This document shows, in pieces, positions 37,897 to 47,991 of a stretch of DNA of 64,000 nucleotides (its first letter is position 1; each line of letters opens with the position of its first letter). This stretch comes from Planctomycetaceae bacterium (lineage in GTDB: Bacteria > Planctomycetota > Planctomycetia > Planctomycetales > Planctomycetaceae). The notes under the pieces were generated by a model. The model ran no database searches, was not told the origin of the DNA, and was given only the letters and a program-made list of their open reading frames with translations. The translations under genes were made by a program, and so were the position numbers. The stretch is taken from contig JAWKTZ010000010.1 in assembly GCA_041398845.1 (NCBI GenBank), positions 189,758 through 253,757 on the forward strand, written 5' to 3'.

Positions 37897-40800
37897 TTAC
37901 TCGACCACTACGAATTCGTTTGAGTTAAACAGTCCGCGGCACAACGCAGGCAGCCCGTGTTGTGCCACCAATTCTGTTGATAGGCGCTGTTCTTCCGGAG
38001 TCGGCGGCCGACACAGAGCCAACTGCCATGCGTGCTGAATTTGCTGTGACACATCGAGCCCGGCTTCCTGTTCAAGTCGTTCTGCAAAGTCGCCCGCCAT
38101 GCGCAGCACAAAGGCGTTATTCAGCAGACTGAGTGCCTGCAATGGAGTCGTCGTGATGCTGCGGCGTGGAGCGGCCGATGCGGGGTCCGGACAGTCAAAC
38201 GTTTCCAGCAACGCACTGCGATTGCCTCGCGGAGTAAAGCGGTAGATCGTTCGCCGAAACTGGTCAGGGTTGTTCGCGTCGATCGGTTCGAAGTAAGTCG
38301 TGCCGTTGTTCACGATCGTCTGAACGTCTTCAAACCCTGGCCCACCCATTTTCGAATTCAATTGGCCGGCAACCACCAGCATCGCATCTCGAATGGCTTC
38401 GGCTTCCAGACGTCGAGGTGACATGCGCCACAACAGGCGGTTCCCGGCATCAATGCTTCGCGGATCATTTGCCGAATTCGCGACACCCGACGAGCGAAGC
38501 TGACCGGATCGCTGATACGCATCGCTGGTCACAATCAAACGGTGCAGGTCTTTCATCTGATAACCGTTTTCGTGAAAGCGAAGAGCCAGCCAGTCGAGGA
38601 GTTCGGGATGAGACGGTCTGCCTCCGTTAAATCCGAAGTCGTTGGGTGTGTCAACAAGGCCGGTTCCGAAGTGGTAATGCCAGATGCGGTTCACGATGAC
38701 TCGGGCAAACAATGGATTGTTGTCGGCCGTTACCCATTCCATGAGTTTTCGTCGACGGTCGGCTTCTGCCGCATCGGGTGGCAATTGAAAGTCGGCCGCT
38801 GCACCTGCAATGGCGGCGACGGCTCCGGGAGCCACTACCTCACCAGGACTGTCCGGATCGCCTCGCAGCAGAACTCTCGTCACCGCAGCCTTGCCTGGTG
38901 TCAGCGTATACATCGTGCGGTTCGCACGGCTGGCCTGAACGTCGCGTTGGTGGGCAACATCGGTGATCTGCGCGATCAGTTGTTCTCGCCGCAGTCGTTC
39001 CGGTTCGGGCAGTGACTCGGCAATTTCCTTTTCGGAAACGAAATTGGTCACGTTGGCCGCAGAAGCCGCCACTTCTTCGGGCGACAACGCTCGATCATAA
39101 AACGCAGCGTGATGAATTTTCCCCTTGAGAAAACGGTTGCCGCCTCCGGGCTTGTGCCGCAGTCCAATCAGCAACTGTGTCTGACCCGCCGCATAAGACT
39201 GAAGCGACGACTTGCGAATGGAACGTCCGTATGGCAGGCCGTTGCGATAGGCCGTGATGATGTCGTCGGAACTGTAGACCAGAGTGATCAGGATCGGCTG
39301 GCTGACGGTTTCAGTTTCGGGCGGCGCGTCAAACGATTCGGTTCTTGCAAATCCGTTACTGCCCGCCAGCCATTGTCCGGGGTCTCGTTCGCCGTACACG
39401 ATGGCATCAAAGATTCCGCCGTCTGTCGTCTGAATCGACAGCACACCACCGCCTCGCTGTTCAAGATCATCCAGTTGAACATAGGCTTCCAACGTCTTTT
39501 GCTGAACACCGGTTGTGAGCACTGCGGTTTCAACAAACGAAGCACCGTCCAACATCAGAGCTCCGTCGCTCAGTTTCGCGTTGCCCACGGCTTTGCCATG
39601 CAGCGTGCCAATGCTGTCGTTGAAGTCGGTGTCGAATTCCCAGCGAGCGAACGGCGCCGGAGGGACGGGGGCGCTGGCGTCATCGTTCGTTCGCGCCGCA
39701 AGAATCTGCGTTCGAGCCTTCTGATCAATGTCAGCACGCTGACGCTGCAGGTCTTTCAGTTGCTGTTCGATCACCTTCAGTGCGGCCGCATCGGCGGGCG
39801 ATTGTTCGGTTCGTTCTCCATAGCCCAGTCCGGAAATCGCCGACGCCAGTTGATAAAATTCCTGCTGACTGACAGGATCAAACTTGTGGTCGTGGCAGCG
39901 AGCACAGTTGACGGTGAGCCCGAGGAACGTCTGTCCCACAGTGGCCAGGACTTCTTCGATTTCGTCCTGGCGAGCCAGTTGCTTCATGCGTTCGCTGCCA
40001 CCCACAACCGTGTTGTGAACGCCAGCCACCCAGAAGCCTGTGGCCGCAGCACCATCGACGCCACCTGTCAGCAGGTCGCCGCACAACTGCTGCCTGGCAA
40101 ATTCATCGTAAGGCATGTCGGTATTCAACGCGTTGATCACCCAGTCGCGATAATGCCAGGCATTCTTTCGCGGAAAGTTGCGTTCAAACCCATCGCTTTC
40201 GCCATAGCGAACCACATCCAGCCAGTGACGAGCCCAGCGTTCGCCATACTGTGGTGATGACAGCAACTCATCCACCAGACGACGATACGCAGCCGGCGAC
40301 GGACCTGCTTCGAAGGCGGCCACCTGTTCGGGGGTGGGAGGCAGTCCGATCAGGTCAAACCAAAGACGTCGCACCAGAGCTCGCGGTGTCGCGGGCGGAA
40401 ACGGCGTCAGTCCCGCCTGCCGCAGACCTTCCGATAAGAACGCGTCAATGGCGTTGCCGGAAGACGGTGACGTTGAATTGGCCGGCACAGCAACCGGACG
40501 CAGCGGCTGCAATGCCCACCAGTCACGACCAGCTCGAGACGTTGTTGTGAATGCAAACGGATCGATGGGACTGGTGCCCCATTTCGCACCGTTTTCGATC
40601 CATTTCTTCAGGACAGCCTTTTGATCGTCCGTCAACGGATGTTTGGGAGGCATTTGGTCGTCACGAACTCGCTGCCACAGCAGGCTTTGGTCGGCGTTCC
40701 CGGGGATGAACGCGGTGCCACTGTCACCGCCCTGCACGGCAAGGTCTTGTCGAAACAGGGCCAACCCGCCTTCCGGTTTCGCACCGCGATGACATTCCAG

Positions 40801-40950
40801 ACAATGACCAGCCAGAATCGGCGCCACGTGCTGGTCAAACGAAAGATCCTGAGCCACAACCACGTTGCTCAGTGCAACAAGCATCAGCACGCAGTGGCCG
40901 AAGGGCGACGGGCTTAGTGCCCGCAGGAATGGAGCGGCCAACGTATTCAT
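37897..40950 (-). CDS. PSD1/PSCyt (DUF1553+DUF1549) planctomycete cytochrome c protein with inserted LamG-like domain
   Basis: CLECH, YGERWARHWLDVVRY, CARCHDHKFDP, NRIWHYHFGTGLV, PSHPELLDWLA. LamG-like ARWEFD..DSIG..HG...YRNG insert. Confidence 0.92.
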   Translation of the reverse strand: MNTLAAPFLRALSPSPFGHCVLMLVALSNVVVAQDLSFDQHVAPILAGHCLECHRGAKPEGGLALFRQDLAVQGGDSGTAFIPGNADQSLLWQRVRDDQMPPKHPLTDDQKAVLKKWIENGAKWGTSPIDPFAFTTTSRAGRDWWALQPLRPVAVPANSTSPSSGNAIDAFLSEGLRQAGLTPFPPATPRALVRRLWFDLIGLPPTPEQVAAFEAGPSPAAYRRLVDELLSSPQYGERWARHWLDVVRYGESDGFERNFPRKNAWHYRDWVINALNTDMPYDEFARQQLCGDLLTGGVDGAAATGFWVAGVHNTVVGGSERMKQLARQDEIEEVLATVGQTFLGLTVNCARCHDHKFDPVSQQEFYQLASAISGLGYGERTEQSPADAAALKVIEQQLKDLQRQRADIDQKARTQILAARTNDDASAPVPPAPFARWEFDTDFNDSIGTLHGKAVGNAKLSDGALMLDGASFVETAVLTTGVQQKTLEAYVQLDDLEQRGGGVLSIQTTDGGIFDAIVYGERDPGQWLAGSNGFARTESFDAPPETETVSQPILITLVYSSDDIITAYRNGLPYGRSIRKSSLQSYAAGQTQLLIGLRHKPGGGNRFLKGKIHHAAFYDRALSPEEVAASAANVTNFVSEKEIAESLPEPERLRREQLIAQITDVAHQRDVQASRANRTMYTLTPGKAAVTRVLLRGDPDSPGEVVAPGAVAAIAGAAADFQLPPDAAEADRRRKLMEWVTADNNPLFARVIVNRIWHYHFGTGLVDTPNDFGFNGGRPSHPELLDWLALRFHENGYQMKDLHRLIVTSDAYQRSGQLRSSGVANSANDPRSIDAGNRLLWRMSPRRLEAEAIRDAMLVVAGQLNSKMGGPGFEDVQTIVNNGTTYFEPIDANNPDQFRRTIYRFTPRGNRSALLETFDCPDPASAAPRRSITTTPLQALSLLNNAFVLRMAGDFAERLEQEAGLDVSQQIQHAWQLALCRPPTPEEQRLSTELVAQHGLPALCRGLFNSNEFVVVE

Positions 40951-41180
40951 AACTTCTCGCTGCCCCAAACAAAGGACGGTGACAATCGTACGACACCACC
41001 TTCCTCTTTTTCCCGCATCCGGTCAACTGTCCGCACGATCCTCGACAAACGCTCGGAATTCAACTGACCGTCTCTGTTTTCGCCGCCCCATTTGCGGGAT
41101 GATCCGCCACAATCGAAGATCAGCGTTTCATTTGCAATTATCAGCGGTCCACCAAAACCTATTGTACTCAGCCAGTCACG

Positions 41181-44006
41181 ATGCCCGAACCCGATCTCTT
41201 TCCCGACCAGAAAAAACTTGTCCTGCTGGATGGCATGGCCCTGGTTTATCGAGCTCACTTTGCTCTGATCCGCAGCCCGCGACACACGTCCGGCGGACTG
41301 TGTACCTCTGGCGTATTCGGTATGACCAACACCGTGCTGGACATCATTAAGAAGGAAAAGCCAACTCACATTGCCGCCGCGTTCGACACGTCGGAACCCA
41401 CCGAACGGCACAAGGTCTTTCCGGCCTATAAGGCTCAGCGAGACGCCTTGCCGGAAGACATCGGCGCTCAACTGCCCTACGTCGACAGGTTACTGGAAGC
41501 CTTCAATATTACCGTCATCCGTATGCCGGGCTATGAAGCCGACGATATCATCGGCACGCTGGCGCACGAGGCATCTCAGCAGGGCTTTCGAACGCTGATG
41601 GTCACGCCGGACAAGGATTACCATCAGCTTGTGAGTGACGATATCGTGATCTTTCGCCCGGGACGCAAAGGAGCCGCCTATGAAACGCTGGGTGTGCCGG
41701 AAGTGCTGGCTCATTGGGAAATCGAACGCGTCGATCAGGTCATCGATATTCTCGGCTTGATGGGCGACGCCAGCGACAACATTCCCGGAGTGCCCGGCAT
41801 CGGACCCAAGACAGCTCAGAAGCTGATTGAAACCTACGGTTCAATCGAAAACCTGCTGCAACATTCTCAGGAACTCAAAGGTAAGCAGAAAGAGCGTGTT
41901 GAAGAGAACGCAGAACAGGCGTTGCTTTCGAAACGGCTTGTGACGATCCAACTGGACGTGCCGCACACGATCAAGCTGGATGAGCTGCAGATCCAACCGC
42001 AGAATGATGATGCTCTGCAGGCGTTGTTTGAGGAACTCGAATTCGACACGATCGGCAGGAAGCTGTTCGGCAATAAGTTTTCATCATCGGCCAGCCGGAC
42101 AGAAAAGATTCGCGAGAAACGCGAAGTACAGATTCAGGCAACCCTGTTTGACGATGCCGACGACGTTGAAGTCAGGACCATCAAGGACGTCAAACATACG
42201 TATCACGTGGTGCGAACGGCAAAGGAACGGGCTGATCTGGTGAAAAAACTGATGAAGCAGAAAGAGATCTGCTTTGATACAGAAACCACGGGACTTGACC
42301 CGCGCACCGCCCTGCCCCTGGGAATCGCGTTCAGCTTTGAACCGCACACCGGATACTACGTCGTGTGTGATTCGACAGCGACTGCAACGTCCAGCCACAC
42401 ACCCGAAGCTCAGGCAATTCTGGAAGAATTCCGACCGGTCCTGGAAAACCCCGACATCCGCAAGATCGGCCACAATCTGAAGTATGACGTCACGCTTCTG
42501 AAGTGGCATGGCATCGACATCGGTGGCAAACTGATGGACACCATGCTGGCTCATTCCATGAAAGAGCCGGAGATGCGGCATGGGCTGGATTATCTGGCAG
42601 AATTGTATCTGGCCTACAAACCCATCCCGACCATGGATCTGATCGGCCCGAAAGGCGACGGTCAAAAAAACATGGCCGACGTACCGATGGAAACAGTGGC
42701 CGAATACGCGGCCGAAGATGCCGACATCACATTGCAGGTTGCCCGAGTGATCGCTCCTGACATCGAAAAGCAGGGAGTCGCTCAGGTTTGCTACGAAGTT
42801 GAATGCCCGCTGGTACCAGTGCTTGTCGACATGGAATATGAAGGCATCCGCCTGGATACCGAGGCACTGGCCGCTTATTCGGTGCAGCTCACCGCAGAGA
42901 TCGACCAACTGCGAGACATGATTTATCAGGCCGCCGGCCATGAATTCAATATTGATTCGCCCAAACAACTGGGAGTTGTGCTGTACGAAGAACTGGAACT
43001 GGAAAAGAACCCGAAGAAAACGGCCACCGGACAATGGTCAACTCGCGAAACCGAACTGCAGCGACTGTCCGGCAAACACCAGATCGTGGCTGACGTGCTG
43101 GACTACCGCAATGCGGTCAAGCTGAAGTCGGTTTACGTTGACCAGTTGCCATCACACGTGAACTCCAAAACCGGTCGTCTGCATACGCACTACAGTCAGA
43201 CATGGACAGCCACCGGTCGTATGCAGAGCAACGATCCCAACCTGCAGACGATTCCCGTGCGCAAGCAGCGCGGTCGCGAAATCCGAGCTGCCTTTGTGCC
43301 TCGCAATGACGATTACCTGCTGCTGTCTGCCGACTATTCTCAGATTGAACTGCGCATCATGGCAGAACTCAGCGGCGACGAAGCCATGCTGCAGGCGTTC
43401 ACGGATGGCACCGACATTCATCAGGTCACAGCATCCAAGGTTTACGGCGTCGGTCTGGACGAAGTAACTCGGGAAATGCGAGACAAAGCCAAGATGGTCA
43501 ACTTCGGCATCATCTATGGCATATCGGGCTTTGGTCTTCAGCAGCGTCTGAATATTCCTCGATCCGAAGCCAACGACCTGATCAGCAACTACAAGAAGGA
43601 GTATCCCGGAGTTCAGCGCTGGATCGATTCCACAATCGAATTTGCCAGAGAACACGGCTACGTGAAAACTCAAACCGGAAGACGCCGCTATCTTCGAGAC
43701 ATCACGTCTCGCAACCGGTCTTTAGCCAACGCGGCCGAACGCCTGGCGATGAACAGTCCAATCCAGGGCACAGCGGCTGACATGCTGAAGCTGGCCATGA
43801 TCAAAGTTCACTCGGCATTGAAAGCAGGCAGCTTCCAAACCAAAATGCTGCTGACCGTACACGACGAAATCGTATTCGACATGCTGAAGAGCGAAGAAGA
43901 CGCCGTGAAACCTCTGATCGAAAACGCGATGAAGACCGCTCTGCCGATGCAGGTGCCAATCGTTGTCGAAATGGGAACCGGCATCAACTGGCTGGAAGCT
44001 CATTGA
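41181..44006 (+). CDS. polA: DNA polymerase I
   Basis: 5'-3' exo (LLDGMALVYRAHFA, GYEADD, DNIPGVPGIGPKTA), 3'-5' exo (FDTETTG), motifs A (ADYSQIELR), B (KMVNFGIIYG) and C (VHDEIV). Confidence 0.98.
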   Translation: MPEPDLFPDQKKLVLLDGMALVYRAHFALIRSPRHTSGGLCTSGVFGMTNTVLDIIKKEKPTHIAAAFDTSEPTERHKVFPAYKAQRDALPEDIGAQLPYVDRLLEAFNITVIRMPGYEADDIIGTLAHEASQQGFRTLMVTPDKDYHQLVSDDIVIFRPGRKGAAYETLGVPEVLAHWEIERVDQVIDILGLMGDASDNIPGVPGIGPKTAQKLIETYGSIENLLQHSQELKGKQKERVEENAEQALLSKRLVTIQLDVPHTIKLDELQIQPQNDDALQALFEELEFDTIGRKLFGNKFSSSASRTEKIREKREVQIQATLFDDADDVEVRTIKDVKHTYHVVRTAKERADLVKKLMKQKEICFDTETTGLDPRTALPLGIAFSFEPHTGYYVVCDSTATATSSHTPEAQAILEEFRPVLENPDIRKIGHNLKYDVTLLKWHGIDIGGKLMDTMLAHSMKEPEMRHGLDYLAELYLAYKPIPTMDLIGPKGDGQKNMADVPMETVAEYAAEDADITLQVARVIAPDIEKQGVAQVCYEVECPLVPVLVDMEYEGIRLDTEALAAYSVQLTAEIDQLRDMIYQAAGHEFNIDSPKQLGVVLYEELELEKNPKKTATGQWSTRETELQRLSGKHQIVADVLDYRNAVKLKSVYVDQLPSHVNSKTGRLHTHYSQTWTATGRMQSNDPNLQTIPVRKQRGREIRAAFVPRNDDYLLLSADYSQIELRIMAELSGDEAMLQAFTDGTDIHQVTASKVYGVGLDEVTREMRDKAKMVNFGIIYGISGFGLQQRLNIPRSEANDLISNYKKEYPGVQRWIDSTIEFAREHGYVKTQTGRRRYLRDITSRNRSLANAAERLAMNSPIQGTAADMLKLAMIKVHSALKAGSFQTKMLLTVHDEIVFDMLKSEEDAVKPLIENAMKTALPMQVPIVVEMGTGINWLEAH

Positions 44007-44290
44007 CTTTCAGAAGTCTCTGCGGGCTGACCGGTTTTGATGATCGCTGCAATGATGACTCCGGCCAGCAGCCAGGACAGTGTGTCGTAGGCAAAATGAA
44101 AGGCCGTCCACAGTGGCGGGTGTCTCCACCAGATCATGTTGCCGACATCGGCCCAGACGGCACAAAACAGACCCAGACAAAACACAAACGCCAGTCGTCC
44201 TGTAAAGGAATGCAGCCGCAGATTCGCATCGGGGGAGGTCCTGGGGGCACAGAACTGCAGATTGAGCAAAGACAACAACCACGTGCGATC
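44000..44290 (-). pseudogene. Probable C-terminal remnant of a multi-TM membrane protein
   Basis: SFTGRLAFVFCLGLFCAVWADVGNMIWWRHPPLWTAFHFAYDTLSWLLAGVIIAAIIK looks like real TM protein sequence, but there is no plausible start or SD and the upstream frame looks non-coding. Confidence 0.4.
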
Positions 44291-44377
44291 GCAGGGCCGT
44301 GCGGTTCTCAATGTCGAAAGCACGCGTGCAACGGACAACGATGCGTAGGGTCTGTGAAGCGGAGTCAATCTGTGGCG

Positions 44378-45145
44378 CTACCGTTCGGGCAACACGGCCC
44401 ATTTCTTCCACTCGTTGGCCTTCTGCCGCATGCATTCGGCCGCATCGGCATGGCCGAGATGTTCAAAGTGGCGAACCATCCATTCAAAATGATGCACTCG
44501 ATGGCAGGCCGAAAAATAGTTGGGCACTTCATGAAACCCGACTCCTGCATGCCAGTTCAGGCTGGCGGAATTTCCCAGATGGCAGCGGCTGTACAACGTT
44601 GGAATGTCGGCCTGCCGCAGCACCGCCAGCACGGCACACAACATGGCTTTCCCAAGACCCTGGCGGTGATGTTCGGGATCCACCATCACCGGTTCGACAA
44701 CCGGACCCCGATGATCGGGACGAATCTGCAGCGCCGCCACGACGGCATCGGACAAAGTCACAACGAACGACTGATTCAGGTAACCCGTCGTTCTGCCAGC
44801 GCTATGTCGACGTCCAAAGAACGATTCGGCGCTGGCTTCAGCGTCTTTCTGGAAATCGCTGTCGCTCCAGCCCGTGTATTCGATCGACTGATCAAACGCA
44901 CGCTGGAACAGTTTTACAATGGCGGCGCAGTCACTGTGATCAACCGGTCTGAGTTCATATCCCGGACTTAGTTTCGGTTCAGCGACGAACGTGCGGGCAA
45001 CCGGAAGTTCGAAGTCCGCCACGGCGGTGTATTGCGGCGATAATCGTGCCGTTTGATCCCAGTATTCATGCTTCCAGCCCAGTCGATGCTTCATCACAAG
45101 GAAGTCTTCAATGGGCATGGATATCGTCGGTTGTGGACTCGGCAT
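44378..45145 (-). CDS. GNAT family N-acetyltransferase
   Basis: EPVMVDPEHHRQGLGKAML (motif A), NSASLNWHAGVGF. Confidence 0.85.
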   Translation of the reverse strand: MPSPQPTISMPIEDFLVMKHRLGWKHEYWDQTARLSPQYTAVADFELPVARTFVAEPKLSPGYELRPVDHSDCAAIVKLFQRAFDQSIEYTGWSDSDFQKDAEASAESFFGRRHSAGRTTGYLNQSFVVTLSDAVVAALQIRPDHRGPVVEPVMVDPEHHRQGLGKAMLCAVLAVLRQADIPTLYSRCHLGNSASLNWHAGVGFHEVPNYFSACHRVHHFEWMVRHFEHLGHADAAECMRQKANEWKKWAVLPER

Positions 45146-45324
45146 CTGAGTTTCCCGGTCGCGATCATCCCGGTCAGTCGGTGCTCACGTTGAGTCCGAA
45201 TGTCCACTGCGATCAAAAATCTGCATTCGCATTCTGAACTCAAAGATTCCTGATTGCCAATGCAGATTGAACTTCCATCGCCGGATGTCGCGTCGATACA
45301 GGTCCCCGGAGTGTCTGCTTCTGT

Positions 45325-46182
45325 CTATGAAGCTCGAGCCCAGTTTTTGCGGGGAGCTGTCGTGGCTGCGGTGTCCGAGGAAGCCGGTTCAGACCGGGAG
45401 GTCGAAAACAGCTCTTCCAGCGAGTCTGTGGCCGACAGGTCGGCGATCGATTCCACAATTCGATCCGGTCGAAACGCGAATCGGTTCAGATCTTCCCGCT
45501 GAGTTCCGCCGGACAACACCAGAATGGACCGAAACCCTGACTGCACACCTCCGAGGATGTCCGTCTCCATCGTATCACCAATCATGATCGTCTGATCGGT
45601 CGACAGGCGGAGCTCCTTGCGAGCCGCTCGCATCATGATTGGACTGGGTTTCCCGACGCTGAACGCCTTGATTCCCGCTGCCGATTCCAGCATCGCCACG
45701 ATCGCACCGCAGCCGGGACGTGTGCCGTTCTGAGTCGGGCAGTTGGGATCCAGGTTGGTGGCCACCAGCATGGCTCCGCCAAGAATCATTTCCAGAGCCG
45801 TCTCCATCATTTCAAATGTCATTGTTCGACCTTCTCCGACGACAACGTAGTCGGGATCCTTTTCGACAATGGAATATCCATTGCGATGCAAAGCCATCAG
45901 CAGGCCGCCTTCGCCAATGACATACGCCGTGCCATTCGGCTTTTGATGAGCAAGGTAGCGAGCAGTTGCCATTGCGCACGTGAAGATGTGTTGTTCATCA
46001 ACATCGATTCCGAGACGCTGCAGCTTTGTCGTCACGTCTCGTCGCGTTCGCTGACTATTGTTGGTGAGGAACCGAAAGGGAATCTGCGCGCGCCTGAGTC
46101 CCCGAATGAATTCGTCCGCTCCGGGAATCAGTTCGCCGCCTCGATAAATCACACCATCCATGTCGATTAGATATCCGTGCAT
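45325..46182 (-). CDS. HAD-IIA family hydrolase (NagD-like)
   Basis: LIDMDGVIY, FLTNNS, VGKPSP, IGDTMETDILG. Alternative start at 46203. Confidence 0.95.
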   Translation of the reverse strand: MHGYLIDMDGVIYRGGELIPGADEFIRGLRRAQIPFRFLTNNSQRTRRDVTTKLQRLGIDVDEQHIFTCAMATARYLAHQKPNGTAYVIGEGGLLMALHRNGYSIVEKDPDYVVVGEGRTMTFEMMETALEMILGGAMLVATNLDPNCPTQNGTRPGCGAIVAMLESAAGIKAFSVGKPSPIMMRAARKELRLSTDQTIMIGDTMETDILGGVQSGFRSILVLSGGTQREDLNRFAFRPDRIVESIADLSATDSLEELFSTSRSEPASSDTAATTAPRKNWARAS

Positions 46183-46279
46183 CGTTGTCTTTCTGTGAGT
46201 CATCCATGAAGTTTGTGAGAAGAATCTCGCCCATCGCGGTTGGCATCGAAAGGCCGATTGCGATGAACCTCACGGTGTA

Positions 46280-46295
46280 AGCAACTGATGTGCCG
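46280..46295 (-). promoter_or_regulatory. Sigma54 (-24/-12) promoter of the HAD hydrolase gene
   Basis: Minus strand CGGCACATCAGTTGCT matches YGGCAC-N5-TTGCW with exact GG-N10-GC spacing, 77-98 bp upstream of the start. Confidence 0.7.
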
Positions 46296-46660
46296 ATCGA
46301 ACGGCCGCATCCTTTCATAAGCATATTTGCGTGTCCTGCCCGACAAATTCGCAATGATTCGAGAAGCGTCTGTGCCTGCGTTCTTCGCAGCGCTGCCAGC
46401 GTGCCGAGCGATTCGGCCGGACAACGTTGGAAATGGTAAACCCCACCCGCCCGGGAGTGTCACTCACGGGTGGTTGATGTTGATCTTCCAGCGGCGTGCC
46501 GATCATCCGGCAGGCTGAATATCGTCATCGGCGAACGCGCCGACGGTGAAAAGGGACTTGCCGATAAGGTGGCCAGCCTGCTTTAAGATGGTGGCTGGCA
46601 GTCAGCAACGCCTTCGATCAGAGAAATTCCGGTCGAAGGTGAGGCTGCTGCAAACGGACA

Positions 46661-47680
46661 TCAGTGAAGCAATGCGTCGCTGATGGCTGCCATGTTCTCC
46701 GTCAGGCCGACAGCGATTCCGCGCACCGACTGGTTGCTTAACTCCAGAGTCTCCCAGACCCGAGGTGACGTGTATGGAAATGGCTGCCCCTCCGGCGAAT
46801 AGCCAAGTCCATGAGCAATCGCATCCGCACAGTGTATTACTCTGGCAGAATCTGAATTCGATTCGGCATGGTGATGATTTAAAGCAGCGTCACAGATCTC
46901 CGGAGCCAGTCCCCAGTTCGTCAGCAGGTCATATCCGATTTCCGAGTGAGTCATCCCGAGGATGGCGAGTTCCGCTTCCAGAAAGCCGGCCTCCTGCGAG
47001 TTGACTGCCATCCGAATGGCCCGAAATTCGTCGGGCAACTGCTGAGCGACGACCAGACGCCCCACATCGTGCAACAAGCCGGACAGAAACAGACTGTTGG
47101 AATCCAGACTTCCGGTGCCGCGATTCTTCAGGACGCCGCCAATCAACTGTGCTCCTGTGGCCACGGCCAGCGAATGTTCCCAGTGTGTCGAAACATCCAG
47201 GCCGAATGCTTCCCGGGAAAACGATCCAATGACGGAAACTGTCAGAACAGCACTGCGGATGCGTTCGATCCCGAGCAGCGAGACGGCCTGTTCCAGACTG
47301 TCGATTCGTCGAGACATTCCGCACAGCGGAGAATTCACCAAAGCCAGGACTCGAACTGTCAATCCCGCGTCCATCATGACGACGTCGGCAATGTCCGCCG
47401 CGCGGCTGTTGGGAGAATCCAGCACCGCATCCAGTTGTTCAACGATCACTGGAATGGTGGGCAGTGTCAATTGCGCGGCAATACGAGCCCGCGTGTCCAC
47501 TCGCAACCGCCACAACTCGTCGCAGTCCGACAGCGCAGATTTGCTTCCATGAGTGCATGCTGCACTCTCCTGAAGCAGGCGGCAGAAGGTCCTGGCAAAC
47601 GGAGAATAAAGCTGGTTTTCAAAACGCGCGCGAACACGATCTCCCGCCGATGCAGGAGGGGCTTCCTGGGAACGTGTCAT
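46661..47680 (-). CDS. HDOD domain protein
   Basis: LPTIPVIV, DAGLTVRVLALVNS, WEHSLAVA, LLHDVGRL, WGLAPEICDAALNHH. Confidence 0.92.
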   Translation of the reverse strand: MTRSQEAPPASAGDRVRARFENQLYSPFARTFCRLLQESAACTHGSKSALSDCDELWRLRVDTRARIAAQLTLPTIPVIVEQLDAVLDSPNSRAADIADVVMMDAGLTVRVLALVNSPLCGMSRRIDSLEQAVSLLGIERIRSAVLTVSVIGSFSREAFGLDVSTHWEHSLAVATGAQLIGGVLKNRGTGSLDSNSLFLSGLLHDVGRLVVAQQLPDEFRAIRMAVNSQEAGFLEAELAILGMTHSEIGYDLLTNWGLAPEICDAALNHHHAESNSDSARVIHCADAIAHGLGYSPEGQPFPYTSPRVWETLELSNQSVRGIAVGLTENMAAISDALLH

Positions 47681-47991
47681 GATTCTGCCGTGATGTCAAT
47701 CAGGGTGCTGGAATCGTAGGTCGGTCGCCATCTGGCCCGCGGGGACTCCCACATGTGGGTCAATCCCCACTGCACCGGAATATCGAACGCAGGCAACCCA
47801 TTTCTTGACTGGAAATCCGGTGTCGCGATGGAAACTGCCAGACCGGTGAACATCTGATCAGTCTGCAGAAATCGCCGATTGATCAGGTGAAGTCGCAGAC
47901 CAGCCCGAAATGCAAGCGAGTGCCTTGAATCCCCATTCGCTTGCGTTTTGGACTTTTCGGCAGATTCGTCATCAGAAATTCGGACCTCCGT

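Noticed and set aside
46232-46265. 5' UTR hairpin of the HAD gene
   Set aside because: The stem depends on three G-T pairs on the plus strand, which become A-C mismatches in the minus-strand mRNA.
47700-47990. c-di-GMP riboswitch upstream of the HDOD gene
   Set aside because: I could not find the conserved class I or II motifs on either strand.
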